Part shown: positions 1-11,629 of the stretch, piece by piece | How positions within the stretch are numbered: the first letter of the stretch is position 1 | Layout: each line of letters begins with the position of its first letter | Assembly (NCBI GenBank): GCA_004299485.1 | Contig: SCQP01000008.1 | Coordinates: 132,341-196,340, forward strand | Reading direction: 5' to 3' | DNA length: 64,000 bases | DNA from: Acidobacteriota bacterium | GTDB lineage: Bacteria; Acidobacteriota; Terriglobia; Terriglobales; SCQP01 | Made by a program: the position numbers and the translations under genes | Notes under the pieces: generated by a model | The model's database searches: none | What the model was told of the DNA's origin: nothing | Seen by the model: the letters and a program-made list of their open reading frames with translations, nothing else

Positions 1-3073
<3,073 letters not shown>

Positions 3074-3089
3074 GAGGAGGTCTGTCGGT

Positions 3090-4202
3090 CTATCGGTCGG
3101 TCGGTCGGTCGGTCATTAGAGTCACGAAGTCGTGGAAGAGGTATTGGGAATCGTGGGGGCCGGGAGCGGCTTCGGGGTGGTATTGCACCGAAAACAGCGG
3201 CAGGGAGCGGTGGCGGAGACCTTCGAGGGTGCCGTCGTTGAGGTCGAAATGGGTGAGGTCGACGTCGCTGGCGCGGAGCGAGTCGGGATCGACGGCGAAG
3301 TTGTGGTTGTGGGCAGTGATTTCGATGCGGCCCGTGGGTTCATAGCGCACCGGATGGTTGCCACCATGATGACCGAACTTGAGCTTGTAGGTTTTGCCGC
3401 CGAGGGCGAGACCGATGAGCTGGTGGCCAAGACAGATTCCGAAGATGGGGACACGGCCCATCAAGCCACGGATGGTTTCGACGGCGTAAGTGCAGGGTTC
3501 GGGATCGCCGGGACCGTTGGAAAGGAAGACGCCATCGGGATGCAGCGCCAGTACGTCGGCGGCGGAGGTTTTCGCCGGAACGACGCGGACACGGCAGCCG
3601 TGCCCGGCAAGCTGGCGGGTGATGTTGCGCTTCATGCCATAGTCGAAGGCTACGACCAGGGGGGCGATCTCAAGAGACGACGGCGGAGGGCCGTCGTAGG
3701 GCGATTTGGTGCTGACCACCTGCGCCAGATCGGTGCCGGTCATCGGCGGGATGGCACGGGCGCGGGCCACGAGCGCATCGATCGATGCGCCGGCGGCGGG
3801 GGCGATGACGCCGCGCAGCACGCCTTGGGAACGCAAGTGACGGACCAGGGCGCGGGTATCGATACCGGCGAGCACCGGAATGCCGAAACGGTCGAGATAG
3901 TCCTGGCAGTCCTGCTGGCTGCGCCAGTTGCTGGTGATGGAAGAGAATTCGCGGACGATCAGGCCTTCGACGAAGGGGTGGTTGGCCTCGTCATCCTCGG
4001 CGGTGGTGCCGTAGTTGCCGATTTGTGGCGCGGTGAGGCAGACGATCTGGCCGGCGTAGGAGGGATCGGTGCAGATCTCCTGATAGCCGGTCATGGAGGT
4101 GTTGAAAACTACTTCGCCGGCGCCGGCTTTGGTTTTGGCGATTCCGCCGTGGCCAGTGCCCCGGAATACCCGGCCATCTTCTAGTGCCAGTAAGGCTTCC
4201 AT
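3090..4202 (-). CDS. carA: carbamoyl-phosphate synthase small (glutamine amidotransferase) subunit
   Basis: Track ORF 3090..4295. The conserved CarA N-terminus begins at the internal Met ([19 protein letters not shown].., ATG at 4202). GATase motifs are present ([18 protein letters not shown]). The upstream 31 codons read through a repeat element. Confidence 0.93.
   Translation of the reverse strand: MEALLALEDGRVFRGTGHGGIAKTKAGAGEVVFNTSMTGYQEICTDPSYAGQIVCLTAPQIGNYGTTAEDDEANHPFVEGLIVREFSSITSNWRSQQDCQDYLDRFGIPVLAGIDTRALVRHLRSQGVLRGVIAPAAGASIDALVARARAIPPMTGTDLAQVVSTKSPYDGPPPSSLEIAPLVVAFDYGMKRNITRQLAGHGCRVRVVPAKTSAADVLALHPDGVFLSNGPGDPEPCTYAVETIRGLMGRVPIFGICLGHQLIGLALGGKTYKLKFGHHGGNHPVRYEPTGRIEITAHNHNFAVDPDSLRASDVDLTHFDLNDGTLEGLRHRSLPLFSVQYHPEAAPGPHDSQYLFHDFVTLMTDRPTDR
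3093..3112. repeat. (TCGG)5 tetranucleotide tandem repeat at the carA 3' end
   Basis: Five perfect TCGG units, read directly. On the coding strand this is (CCGA)5, encoding ..TDRPTDR*. Confidence 0.9.
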
Positions 4203-4215
4203 CGCCCGTCCTTCC

Positions 4216-4263
4216 CATTTGAATGGCGCGGGACCCCGCTCGGCTGCGCCGAGCGACCCGCTT
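4216..4263 (+). repeat. hairpin repeat family 2, copy C (REP-like)
   Basis: CATTTGAATGGCGCGGGACCC-CGCTCGGC-TGC-GCCGAGCG-ACCCGCTT. It shares flanks, loop and outer GCGGG/CCCGC pairing with the copies at 12792, 18521 and 60658. It lies in the carA/tricorn divergent intergenic region. Confidence 0.75.
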
Positions 4264-4397
4264 GCTCGCGGCAGAGCCGGGACCCGGTGGCCCATCCCTG
4301 CCGCTCGCGTGGATTATGATCCACCGGCGGTGTTTGCCCTTGGATCAAACCATTTTATCAGCTTTGGTTTAGAATTCTCGGGCCGGAGGAAATTTTC

Positions 4398-7300
4398 ATG
4401 CGCCTGTCACTACGATTTGCCGCTGTGCTCGCACTGGCCGCTTCGTTAGGCTTTTTTGCGAACGCGCAAGCGCCTGAACCGCTGTTGCTGCAAACGCCAA
4501 CCCTGAGCCGCACGCAAATTGCGTTTGCCTATGGCGGCGACATCTGGATCGTCGCGCGCTCGGGAGGTGTGGCGCATCGGCTGGTCACTGGCTTCGACAA
4601 GGAGAGCGGACCGATTTTCTCTCCCGACGGGAGCGAAGTGGCGTTCACAGGCGAGTACGACGGCAACGTGGATGTGTACGTGGCGCCGGCTGAGGGCGGG
4701 ACGCCGCGGCGGCTGACCTATCACCCGGCGCCCGATGTGGCGGTGGGCTGGACGCCAGACGGCAAGGCGGTGCTGTTCCGGTCGAACCGCGCCAGCTTCT
4801 CCGATCCCAACCAGTTGTGGACGGTACCGGTCACCGGCGGCTTCCCGACCGAGCTGCCGCTGTCGATGGCGCAGACGGGTTCGTTTTCACCCGACGGCTC
4901 GCACATCGCCTACATTCCGAACTCGAGGTGGGAGGATTTCTGGCAGCGGTACCGCGGCGGGCAGACAACGCCGATCTGGATTGCACGGCTTTCGGATTCG
5001 AGCGTAATCAAGATTCCGCGCACCAGTGCGCCCAATACAGCTTCGGAGGTTTGCCAGGCAGCGGATCCGGGAAACGGCGGCGTGGCAGGAAATCCGTGCC
5101 TTGAGGGCAGCGACCGCGACCCGATGTGGATTGGCAACGACATCTACTTTGTCTCGGACCGCAACGGGCCGTTTGGGCTATACGCGTACCACACCGCAAC
5201 CGGCAAGGTGCAGCAGCTCGTGAATACCGACGGGCAGTTTGACATTACCTCGGCGGGCGCTGGGCCGGATGCGATCGTGTACTCGCAGTTCGGGCAGATT
5301 CACATTTACGACATTGCGCGTCACCGGCAGCAGGTGGTGAACATTACGGTTCCTGGCGATATGCCGCAGGTGCGGCCGCGCTGGGAAAAGGCAGCCAAGC
5401 AGATACAGACGGCGGCGATTTCGCCGAGCGGCGAGCGGGCGCTGTTTGCCGCGCACGGGGAAATACTGACGGTGCCGGCCGAGCACGGCAGCATACGCAA
5501 TGTGACCAACTCACCCGGCGTGATGGACCGCGATCCGGCGTGGTCACCGGACGGAGAATGGATTGCATATTTCTCCGACCGAGCGGGCGCTTATGATTTG
5601 CGGATTGTGGACCAGAAGGGGCTGAAACCGGCGCGAACGATTCATCTGAGTGATCCGAACGCGTATTACGGCGACCTGAAATGGTCGCCCAACAGCCAGT
5701 CTCTGGTGTACAGCGACCAGGCGCTGCACTTGTGGGTGGTTAACGCTGCGGCGGGCAGTACGCCCGTGAAAGTGGATACCGACCTGTACGAGAACCCCAC
5801 GCACCAGTTCGATCCGGCGTGGTCGCCTGACAGCCGCTGGATTGCCTATACGCGCGAGCTGCCCAGCCATTTGCACGCGGTCTTTATTTATTCGCTCGCC
5901 GAGCGTAGCATTCATCAGGTAACGGACGGGATGAGCGACTGCCTGTACCCGCAGTTCGACCGCAGCGGGAAATATCTGTACTTTACCGCCAGCACGAATA
6001 CCGGCCTGACGCCGGGCTGGCTGGATATGACCAGCCTCGACCACCCGGTGACGCGCAGCGTCTACGTGGCAGTGCTGCGGAAAGATTTGCCCTCACCGCT
6101 GCCGCCGCAGTCGAGCGATGAGACGCCTCAGCAACAGCAAGCGAAGCCCAAGCCGGAACCGGGACCGGACACAGCGCCGGAGGTGCGCATCGACTTTCAG
6201 GGGATTTTGCAGCGGACGCTGGCGCTGCCGATTCCCGCGGCCGACTTTGTGGATCTCGCGGCGCGGCCGGATGGGGCGCTGTTCCTGATGTCGGCGCCGG
6301 AGATGGGGGGAGAGGGACCGCGGCGGATTTCGCTCCAGCGGTTCACGTTGAAAGACCGCAAGGCCAAGCCCATTGCCAGCGGGATTTCGCGGGTAGCGAT
6401 TTCGTATAACGGCAAGAAGATGCTGCTGGACCGCAACAAAAGCTGGTATATCACCGATGCCACCAAAGCGCCGGCGCCCGACGCGGGCAAGGTGGACGTC
6501 AGCGAATTGCAGGTTCACGTCGTGCCGCGCGAGGAGTGGGCGGAAATGTACCACGACGTGTGGCGGATTGAGCGGGCCTATTATTTTGATCCCGGTTTCC
6601 ACGGTCTGGACATGAAGGCCGCCGAAGCTGAGTTTGCCAATTACCTGCCCGGCATCGCCAGTCGCGACGACCTGAACCTGCTGTTCCGGGAAATGCTGAG
6701 CTATTTGTCGGTGGGCCACATGTTTGTGCGCGGCGGCGCGGAGCCGGAAACCGGTAACCCCGAGCACACCGGTCTGCTGGGCGCCGATTACCGCATCGCC
6801 AACGGCCATTATCAGATCGCCAAAATTTACAGCGGCGAAAACTGGAACCCGCGGCTGCATGCCCCGCTGACCGAACCGGGCGTGAATGTGCGGGCAGGTG
6901 ATTACCTGCTGGCGATGAACGGGCGTCCGTTGACGGCGAGCGACAACATTTACCAGTACTTCCAGCAGACGGCGGGCAAGCAGGCCACCCTTGACGTCGG
7001 ACCGAACCCGGATGGCAGCGGCGCGCACGAAGTGGTGGTGACGCCCACTGCCAACGAGCACGGGCTGCGCAACATGGACTGGATCGAAGGCAACCGGCGC
7101 GAGGTCGATAAGCTCAGCCACGGCAAGCTGGCCTATGTGTATCTGCCGGACACGGCCGGCGGTGGGTTCACCAACTTCAACCGCTACTACTTTTCGCAGG
7201 TGGGCAAGCAGGGCGCCATCATTGACGAACGCTTCAACCATGGCGGCGACCTGAGCGACTACATTATTGACTACCTGCGGCGCGTGCCCATGAGCCTCGA

Positions 7301-7766
7301 CATTACCAAACACGGGCACCGGACCATTGATCCGCAGGAGGCGATCTTTGGGCCCAAGGTGTTGGTCATCAACCAGTTCTCGGGATCGGGCGGCGACGCA
7401 CTGCCGTGGTACTTCCGCGAGGCGAAGGTTGGAACTATGGTGGGCGTGCGGACCTGGGGCGGACTGGTGGGCATTGGCGGCTATCCGGTGCTGATGGATG
7501 GCGGCACGGTGACCGCGCCGCGCTGGGCGATTACGGGGCTGCGCGGGCACTGGGTGGTCGAGGATCACGGCGTGGCGCCGGATGTGACCGTGTGGCAGGA
7601 CCCGGCCAAGATGCGCGAAGGACAGGATCCGCAACTGGATGCGGCGGTCACCATCGCCATGAAGCAGTTGGCGGCGCATCCGCGGCCGGCCTACGCCAAC
7701 CCCGCCTATCAGAACTACCATCCGGTGCTGCCACCGATTCCTCACGGCAACGGCGGAGGGCGGTAG
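4398..7766 (+). CDS. tricorn-type protease homolog (TolB-like beta-propellers + PDZ + S41 peptidase), secreted
   Basis: 1122-aa ORF with a signal peptide (MRLSLRFAAVLALAASLGFFANAQA). It has the IAFAYGGDIWIV opening typical of tricorn core proteases, repeated SPDG propeller motifs and a C-terminal S41-like region (FSGSGGD). GGAGGAAA lies upstream of the ATG. Confidence 0.85.
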   Translation: MRLSLRFAAVLALAASLGFFANAQAPEPLLLQTPTLSRTQIAFAYGGDIWIVARSGGVAHRLVTGFDKESGPIFSPDGSEVAFTGEYDGNVDVYVAPAEGGTPRRLTYHPAPDVAVGWTPDGKAVLFRSNRASFSDPNQLWTVPVTGGFPTELPLSMAQTGSFSPDGSHIAYIPNSRWEDFWQRYRGGQTTPIWIARLSDSSVIKIPRTSAPNTASEVCQAADPGNGGVAGNPCLEGSDRDPMWIGNDIYFVSDRNGPFGLYAYHTATGKVQQLVNTDGQFDITSAGAGPDAIVYSQFGQIHIYDIARHRQQVVNITVPGDMPQVRPRWEKAAKQIQTAAISPSGERALFAAHGEILTVPAEHGSIRNVTNSPGVMDRDPAWSPDGEWIAYFSDRAGAYDLRIVDQKGLKPARTIHLSDPNAYYGDLKWSPNSQSLVYSDQALHLWVVNAAAGSTPVKVDTDLYENPTHQFDPAWSPDSRWIAYTRELPSHLHAVFIYSLAERSIHQVTDGMSDCLYPQFDRSGKYLYFTASTNTGLTPGWLDMTSLDHPVTRSVYVAVLRKDLPSPLPPQSSDETPQQQQAKPKPEPGPDTAPEVRIDFQGILQRTLALPIPAADFVDLAARPDGALFLMSAPEMGGEGPRRISLQRFTLKDRKAKPIASGISRVAISYNGKKMLLDRNKSWYITDATKAPAPDAGKVDVSELQVHVVPREEWAEMYHDVWRIERAYYFDPGFHGLDMKAAEAEFANYLPGIASRDDLNLLFREMLSYLSVGHMFVRGGAEPETGNPEHTGLLGADYRIANGHYQIAKIYSGENWNPRLHAPLTEPGVNVRAGDYLLAMNGRPLTASDNIYQYFQQTAGKQATLDVGPNPDGSGAHEVVVTPTANEHGLRNMDWIEGNRREVDKLSHGKLAYVYLPDTAGGGFTNFNRYYFSQVGKQGAIIDERFNHGGDLSDYIIDYLRRVPMSLDITKHGHRTIDPQEAIFGPKVLVINQFSGSGGDALPWYFREAKVGTMVGVRTWGGLVGIGGYPVLMDGGTVTAPRWAITGLRGHWVVEDHGVAPDVTVWQDPAKMREGQDPQLDAAVTIAMKQLAAHPRPAYANPAYQNYHPVLPPIPHGNGGGR

Positions 7767-7770
7767 CGGC

Positions 7771-9630
7771 GTGCGGCGACGGCAGTTTCTGAAAGCCGGC
7801 GCGGGTGCGGCGGCAGCGCTGGCGCTGCCGCGCGCCTGGGCGAAAGGCGCGCCTCGGTTCGAGGCGGGTGAGAAGAGCTTTCTGCTCGACGGAAAGCCTT
7901 TTGTCATCCGCTCGGGGTCGATGCACTATCCTCGCGTACCGCGGCCGTACTGGCGCGACCGCATGCGCAAGCTGCGCGCGCTGGGACTGAACACCGTCTG
8001 CACCTACGTGTTCTGGAACCTGCACGAGCCGGAGCCGGGGCGGTTTGATTTCAGCGGCCAGCATGACCTCGCGGCCTATCTGCGGACGGCGCACGAGGAG
8101 GGGCTGTGGGTGATTCTGCGGCCCGGACCCTACGTGTGTACGGAGTGGGATTTCGGCGGCTGTCCGGCGTGGCTGCTCAAGCCGCCAAGCATGAACGTGA
8201 GAACCGCAGACCCGAAATTCTTGCAGGCTTCGCAGCGGTATTTGCGCGAAGTCGGGGCACAGGTGGCGCATCTGGAGGCGGCACGGGGCGGACCGATTCT
8301 GCTGGTGCAGGTGGAAAACGAGTACGGGTCGTTCGCGGGCGATCACGGCTATCTCGCCGCAATTCGAGACCAGATTCGTGAAGCTGGCTTTCGCGGGCCG
8401 CTGTACACCTCGAACGGGCCGGGGCAGAAAATGCTGGCCAATGGTTCCCTGCCCGATCTGACGAGCGTGATCAATTTCGGCGACGGCGATGATCCGGCGC
8501 AGGCGTTTGCGGAGCTGGAGAAATACCGGGCACAGGGGCCGCGCATGTGCGGCGAGTACTGGTGCGGATGGTTCGACCATTGGGGCGAAAAGCATCACAC
8601 CACACCGCCGGAAGATTCGGCGCGCGGGCTGGACTGGATGCTTTCGCGCGGGGTTTCGTGCAATTTGTACATGGCGCATGGCGGGACTTCGTTCGGTTTT
8701 ATGGCGGGCGCGAACCACGGCCGCAGCTATGAGCCCGATACCACCAGCTACGACTACGACGCGCCGATTGACGAAGCGGGGCGGCCAACGGCCAAGTTTC
8801 ATGCGCTGCGCGCGGTGATCGAAAAGCACCTGCCGGCCGGTGAACGGTTGCCGGAGCTGCCGGCGGCGTTGCCCGCGATCACGATTCCGGAATTCACATT
8901 GGGCGAGTATGCATCACTCGAACAACTGCTCCACGCGCCGCACAGCAGCCAGCGGCCGCTATCGATGGAGGCTCTGGGCCAGGCTTACGGTCTCGTCTGG
9001 TATCGGACCAGGATTAAACAGCCGGCCGCGGGCTCGCTGCAGCCGCTGGAGCTGCGCGACTATGCGCGCGTCTATGTGAACGGGCGCGAGATGGGCGAAC
9101 TGGAGCGGAGCCGGAAGCGGGTGACGCTACCGGTGCAACTTGCGGCCGGCGACACGCTCGACATTCTGGTGGAGAACATGGGCCGGATTAATTTCGGACC
9201 GAAGCTGCAGGATAACTTGCAAGGTATCACCGAGCGGGTGCTGGTGGGCGAGCAAGAGCTGACGGATTGGGAAATCTACCCGCTGCCGCTGGCGGAAGAG
9301 CTATCGGAATTGAGCTTTGTGGCGAAAGCGAGTGATAGGCCTGGGTTTCAGCGCGCCCGGTTCACGCTGGCGCAAACCGGCGATACGTTCCTCGACCTGC
9401 GGGGTTGCGGCAAGGGCTGCGTCTGGGTGAACGGACACAACCTCGGCCGCTACTGGGATCGTGGTCCGCAGCAAACGCTATTCCTGCCCGGCTGCTGGCT
9501 GCGGCGCGGCACGAACGAAGTGATCGTCTTCTGCTGGAGCGCCGCGAGCCCCTTCCGGCTACAAGGCCTCCGCGACCCGATCTACTCTCGCCCACGCTCC
9601 GCCAACCGAGAACTGACAACAGATAACTGA
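7771..9630 (+). CDS. glycoside hydrolase family 35 beta-galactosidase with Tat signal
   Basis: GTG start. Twin-arginine leader MRRRQFLKAGAGAAAALALPRAWA. GH35 signature region FVIRSGSMHYPRVPRPYWRDRMRKLRALGLNTVCTYVFWNLHEP and QVENEYG. Confidence 0.88.
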   Translation: MRRRQFLKAGAGAAAALALPRAWAKGAPRFEAGEKSFLLDGKPFVIRSGSMHYPRVPRPYWRDRMRKLRALGLNTVCTYVFWNLHEPEPGRFDFSGQHDLAAYLRTAHEEGLWVILRPGPYVCTEWDFGGCPAWLLKPPSMNVRTADPKFLQASQRYLREVGAQVAHLEAARGGPILLVQVENEYGSFAGDHGYLAAIRDQIREAGFRGPLYTSNGPGQKMLANGSLPDLTSVINFGDGDDPAQAFAELEKYRAQGPRMCGEYWCGWFDHWGEKHHTTPPEDSARGLDWMLSRGVSCNLYMAHGGTSFGFMAGANHGRSYEPDTTSYDYDAPIDEAGRPTAKFHALRAVIEKHLPAGERLPELPAALPAITIPEFTLGEYASLEQLLHAPHSSQRPLSMEALGQAYGLVWYRTRIKQPAAGSLQPLELRDYARVYVNGREMGELERSRKRVTLPVQLAAGDTLDILVENMGRINFGPKLQDNLQGITERVLVGEQELTDWEIYPLPLAEELSELSFVAKASDRPGFQRARFTLAQTGDTFLDLRGCGKGCVWVNGHNLGRYWDRGPQQTLFLPGCWLRRGTNEVIVFCWSAASPFRLQGLRDPIYSRPRSANRELTTDN

Positions 9631-9633
9631 CAA

Positions 9634-10809
9634 CTATTTCCCGTCCATGGCCATGGGGAACTCGAAGCGGCGTGCGCCACGGGCGGCGCCGCGGGCCATG
9701 GAGGCGGCCATAGGCGTAGGGGGGCTGGGCCGATACATGGTGGTCATGCCCTCGGCCTCGCGGACGAAAGTCATGGCCTGCTGTTCGGCGGAGTAGTCAA
9801 CGCGGACGACATCACCCAATCGGACTTGGCCGGTGGCGATGAGCTTGGCGAGGGGAAAAACGACGTGGCGCTCGATGGCGCGCTTGAGATGGCGGGCGCC
9901 GTAGCGCGGATCATAGCCTTCGTGAAGCAACCAATCCTTGGCTTCCTGGGTGCAGTTGAACAGGAAGGGATGGTTGCCGCTGGAGGCGAGAATGCGCTGT
10001 TGCACCATGCCCAGCTCGATGTCGAGGATAGCGCCGAGTTCTTCCGGCCGCAGGGTGTGGAAGACGACGGTGCGGTCGATACGGTTCATGAATTCGGGAG
10101 AAAATTTGTGCCGGGCGGCCGCCACGGCAACGCGATCGACCTGGGCGTCAAGGCGGGCGTCGAAGCGGGCGTCGTGACCGATCTGCGGGGGCATGAAACC
10201 GGTACCGCCCAGGGTGAGGGTATCCATCTCGGCCGCGCCCAGGTTGCTGGTCATGAAGATGATGGTCTGGGTGAAATCGACGCGGCGGTTATCGCCGAGG
10301 GTCAAGGTGGCTTTGTCGAGGATGCCGAGCAGCAGTTGCCAAAGGGCATCGGAGGCTTTTTCGATTTCGTCGAACAGCAGCAGCGAAAGCCGCAGGCGGT
10401 CGGTGTGCCATTGGCCCAGCGCTTCCTGGGTCAGCAGAGGGTGAGTTTCGCGGTGGCCGAGATAGCCGGGAGGGGAACCGATGAGTTTGGCGATTTCATG
10501 GCTATGCTGGAATTCAGCGCAATCCACTTTGATAACGGCGCGAGCATCGCCGAACAAGGTTTCGGCGATAGCCTCGACCACGCGGGTTTTACCGGAGCCA
10601 GTGGGCCCGAGCAGCAGCAGGTTGGCAATAGGACGGCCGGGCGGATGCAGTCCTGCGAGAAAGGTCTGGTAGAGGTCCACCACGCAGCCGACGGCCTGAT
10701 TTTGCCCAACAATTTTGCGCCGCAAAGCCGACTCAAACTGGCAGACGTCGTCGCAGCGTAAGGTTGGATCCAACAGTTCCTGGCAGCCTGTTTTCATATC
10801 GCCCTGCAT
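9634..10809 (-). CDS. stand-alone ClpA/ClpB D2-type AAA+ ATPase (single nucleotide-binding domain)
   Basis: Walker A LLLLGPTGSGKT, Walker B LLLFDEIEKA, sensor region FMTSNLG, and a ClpB_D2-small-like C-terminus (GARHLKRAIE). The start is set at an internal Met (10809, alternative 10797) because the longer ORF reads through a 16-bp perfect hairpin. Confidence 0.8.
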   Translation of the reverse strand: MQGDMKTGCQELLDPTLRCDDVCQFESALRRKIVGQNQAVGCVVDLYQTFLAGLHPPGRPIANLLLLGPTGSGKTRVVEAIAETLFGDARAVIKVDCAEFQHSHEIAKLIGSPPGYLGHRETHPLLTQEALGQWHTDRLRLSLLLFDEIEKASDALWQLLLGILDKATLTLGDNRRVDFTQTIIFMTSNLGAAEMDTLTLGGTGFMPPQIGHDARFDARLDAQVDRVAVAAARHKFSPEFMNRIDRTVVFHTLRPEELGAILDIELGMVQQRILASSGNHPFLFNCTQEAKDWLLHEGYDPRYGARHLKRAIERHVVFPLAKLIATGQVRLGDVVRVDYSAEQQAMTFVREAEGMTTMYRPSPPTPMAASMARGAARGARRFEFPMAMDGK

Positions 10810-10917
10810 GATGGGATGCAAGGGCGGAGGGCGGGGGATAATGCCACCCAGGCGCCAATAGGTGGGACTGAACCGTAATGGATTCGAGCGCGGGTCCTGC
10901 CGCTTTTGGCTCGACAA

Positions 10918-10954
10918 CCGCAGCGGATGCCGGGTACGCCGGCATCCGCTGCGG
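10918..10954. promoter_or_regulatory. perfect 16-bp inverted repeat (5-nt loop) between the 154-aa gene and the AAA+ gene
   Basis: CCGCAGCGGATGCCGG-GTACG-CCGGCATCCGCTGCGG. Checked base by base and perfectly complementary. Confidence 0.85.
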
Positions 10955-10961
10955 TTGCGGT

Positions 10962-11426
10962 TCAGTCGCCCAGGCCCTGATGCTCGCCCACCGAGGGCGC
11001 GGCGGCGGCGCCGGGCTGATGCTTCAATTTCAGGTCCAACTGGGTGCGGAGTTCCGCCATCTCGCGCAGGAGTTCGCGGACGCGGGGCTCCCCTTCGGCG
11101 ACCTGGCCACGCTCCTGCAAGTGGCGCTGCAGCAGGCCGAAATCAAGCTCGGCCAAGTCCTGGACGAGCGTGCGGATGGAACGAAGCAACAAATCCACGC
11201 CTTCCAGATCGGCAAACGGCGAAACGAAGGTTTCGGCCGCGCGGGCACGTACTGCGGCCCAGTCGATCTGCAATTGCGGATGGGAGGCGCGCACCTGATC
11301 GAGCACCTCATCGCTAACCCGAGGCCGGTTGCCGAGGCAAGCCAAGTGGACTTGCCGAACGTGGCCGTCCTCACGAACGTTATGTACCAAGTAGTACGAT
11401 TTGCCCTTTTTGCGAACGAACGCCAT
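10962..11426 (-). CDS. hypothetical protein, 154 aa (basic N-terminal beta-hairpin-like motif + helical C-terminus)
   Basis: ORF MAFVRKKGKSYYLVHNVREDGHVRQVHLACLGN.. preceded by GAGGAGG about 8 nt upstream. Protein-like composition. Co-directional with the AAA+ gene. No family recognised with certainty. Confidence 0.6.
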   Translation of the reverse strand: MAFVRKKGKSYYLVHNVREDGHVRQVHLACLGNRPRVSDEVLDQVRASHPQLQIDWAAVRARAAETFVSPFADLEGVDLLLRSIRTLVQDLAELDFGLLQRHLQERGQVAEGEPRVRELLREMAELRTQLDLKLKHQPGAAAAPSVGEHQGLGD

Positions 11427-11629
11427 CCCAACCTCCTCAGTTCTCCGCCCCAGGCTCCTGTCGTGGTGGTTCTACTCCCACCACGGGTAGGATGGGGCAG
11501 CAAGCGATTCGGGTTGTCCCTGCCGCAAGCACCGACTTGGACGCCCTTGGCCGCGCAAGCGTCGAAACGCACCCGGCTGGTAATCCCCTTACCGATAGTG
11601 TACATGTTACCTTCTTGTAGTTCCAGCGG

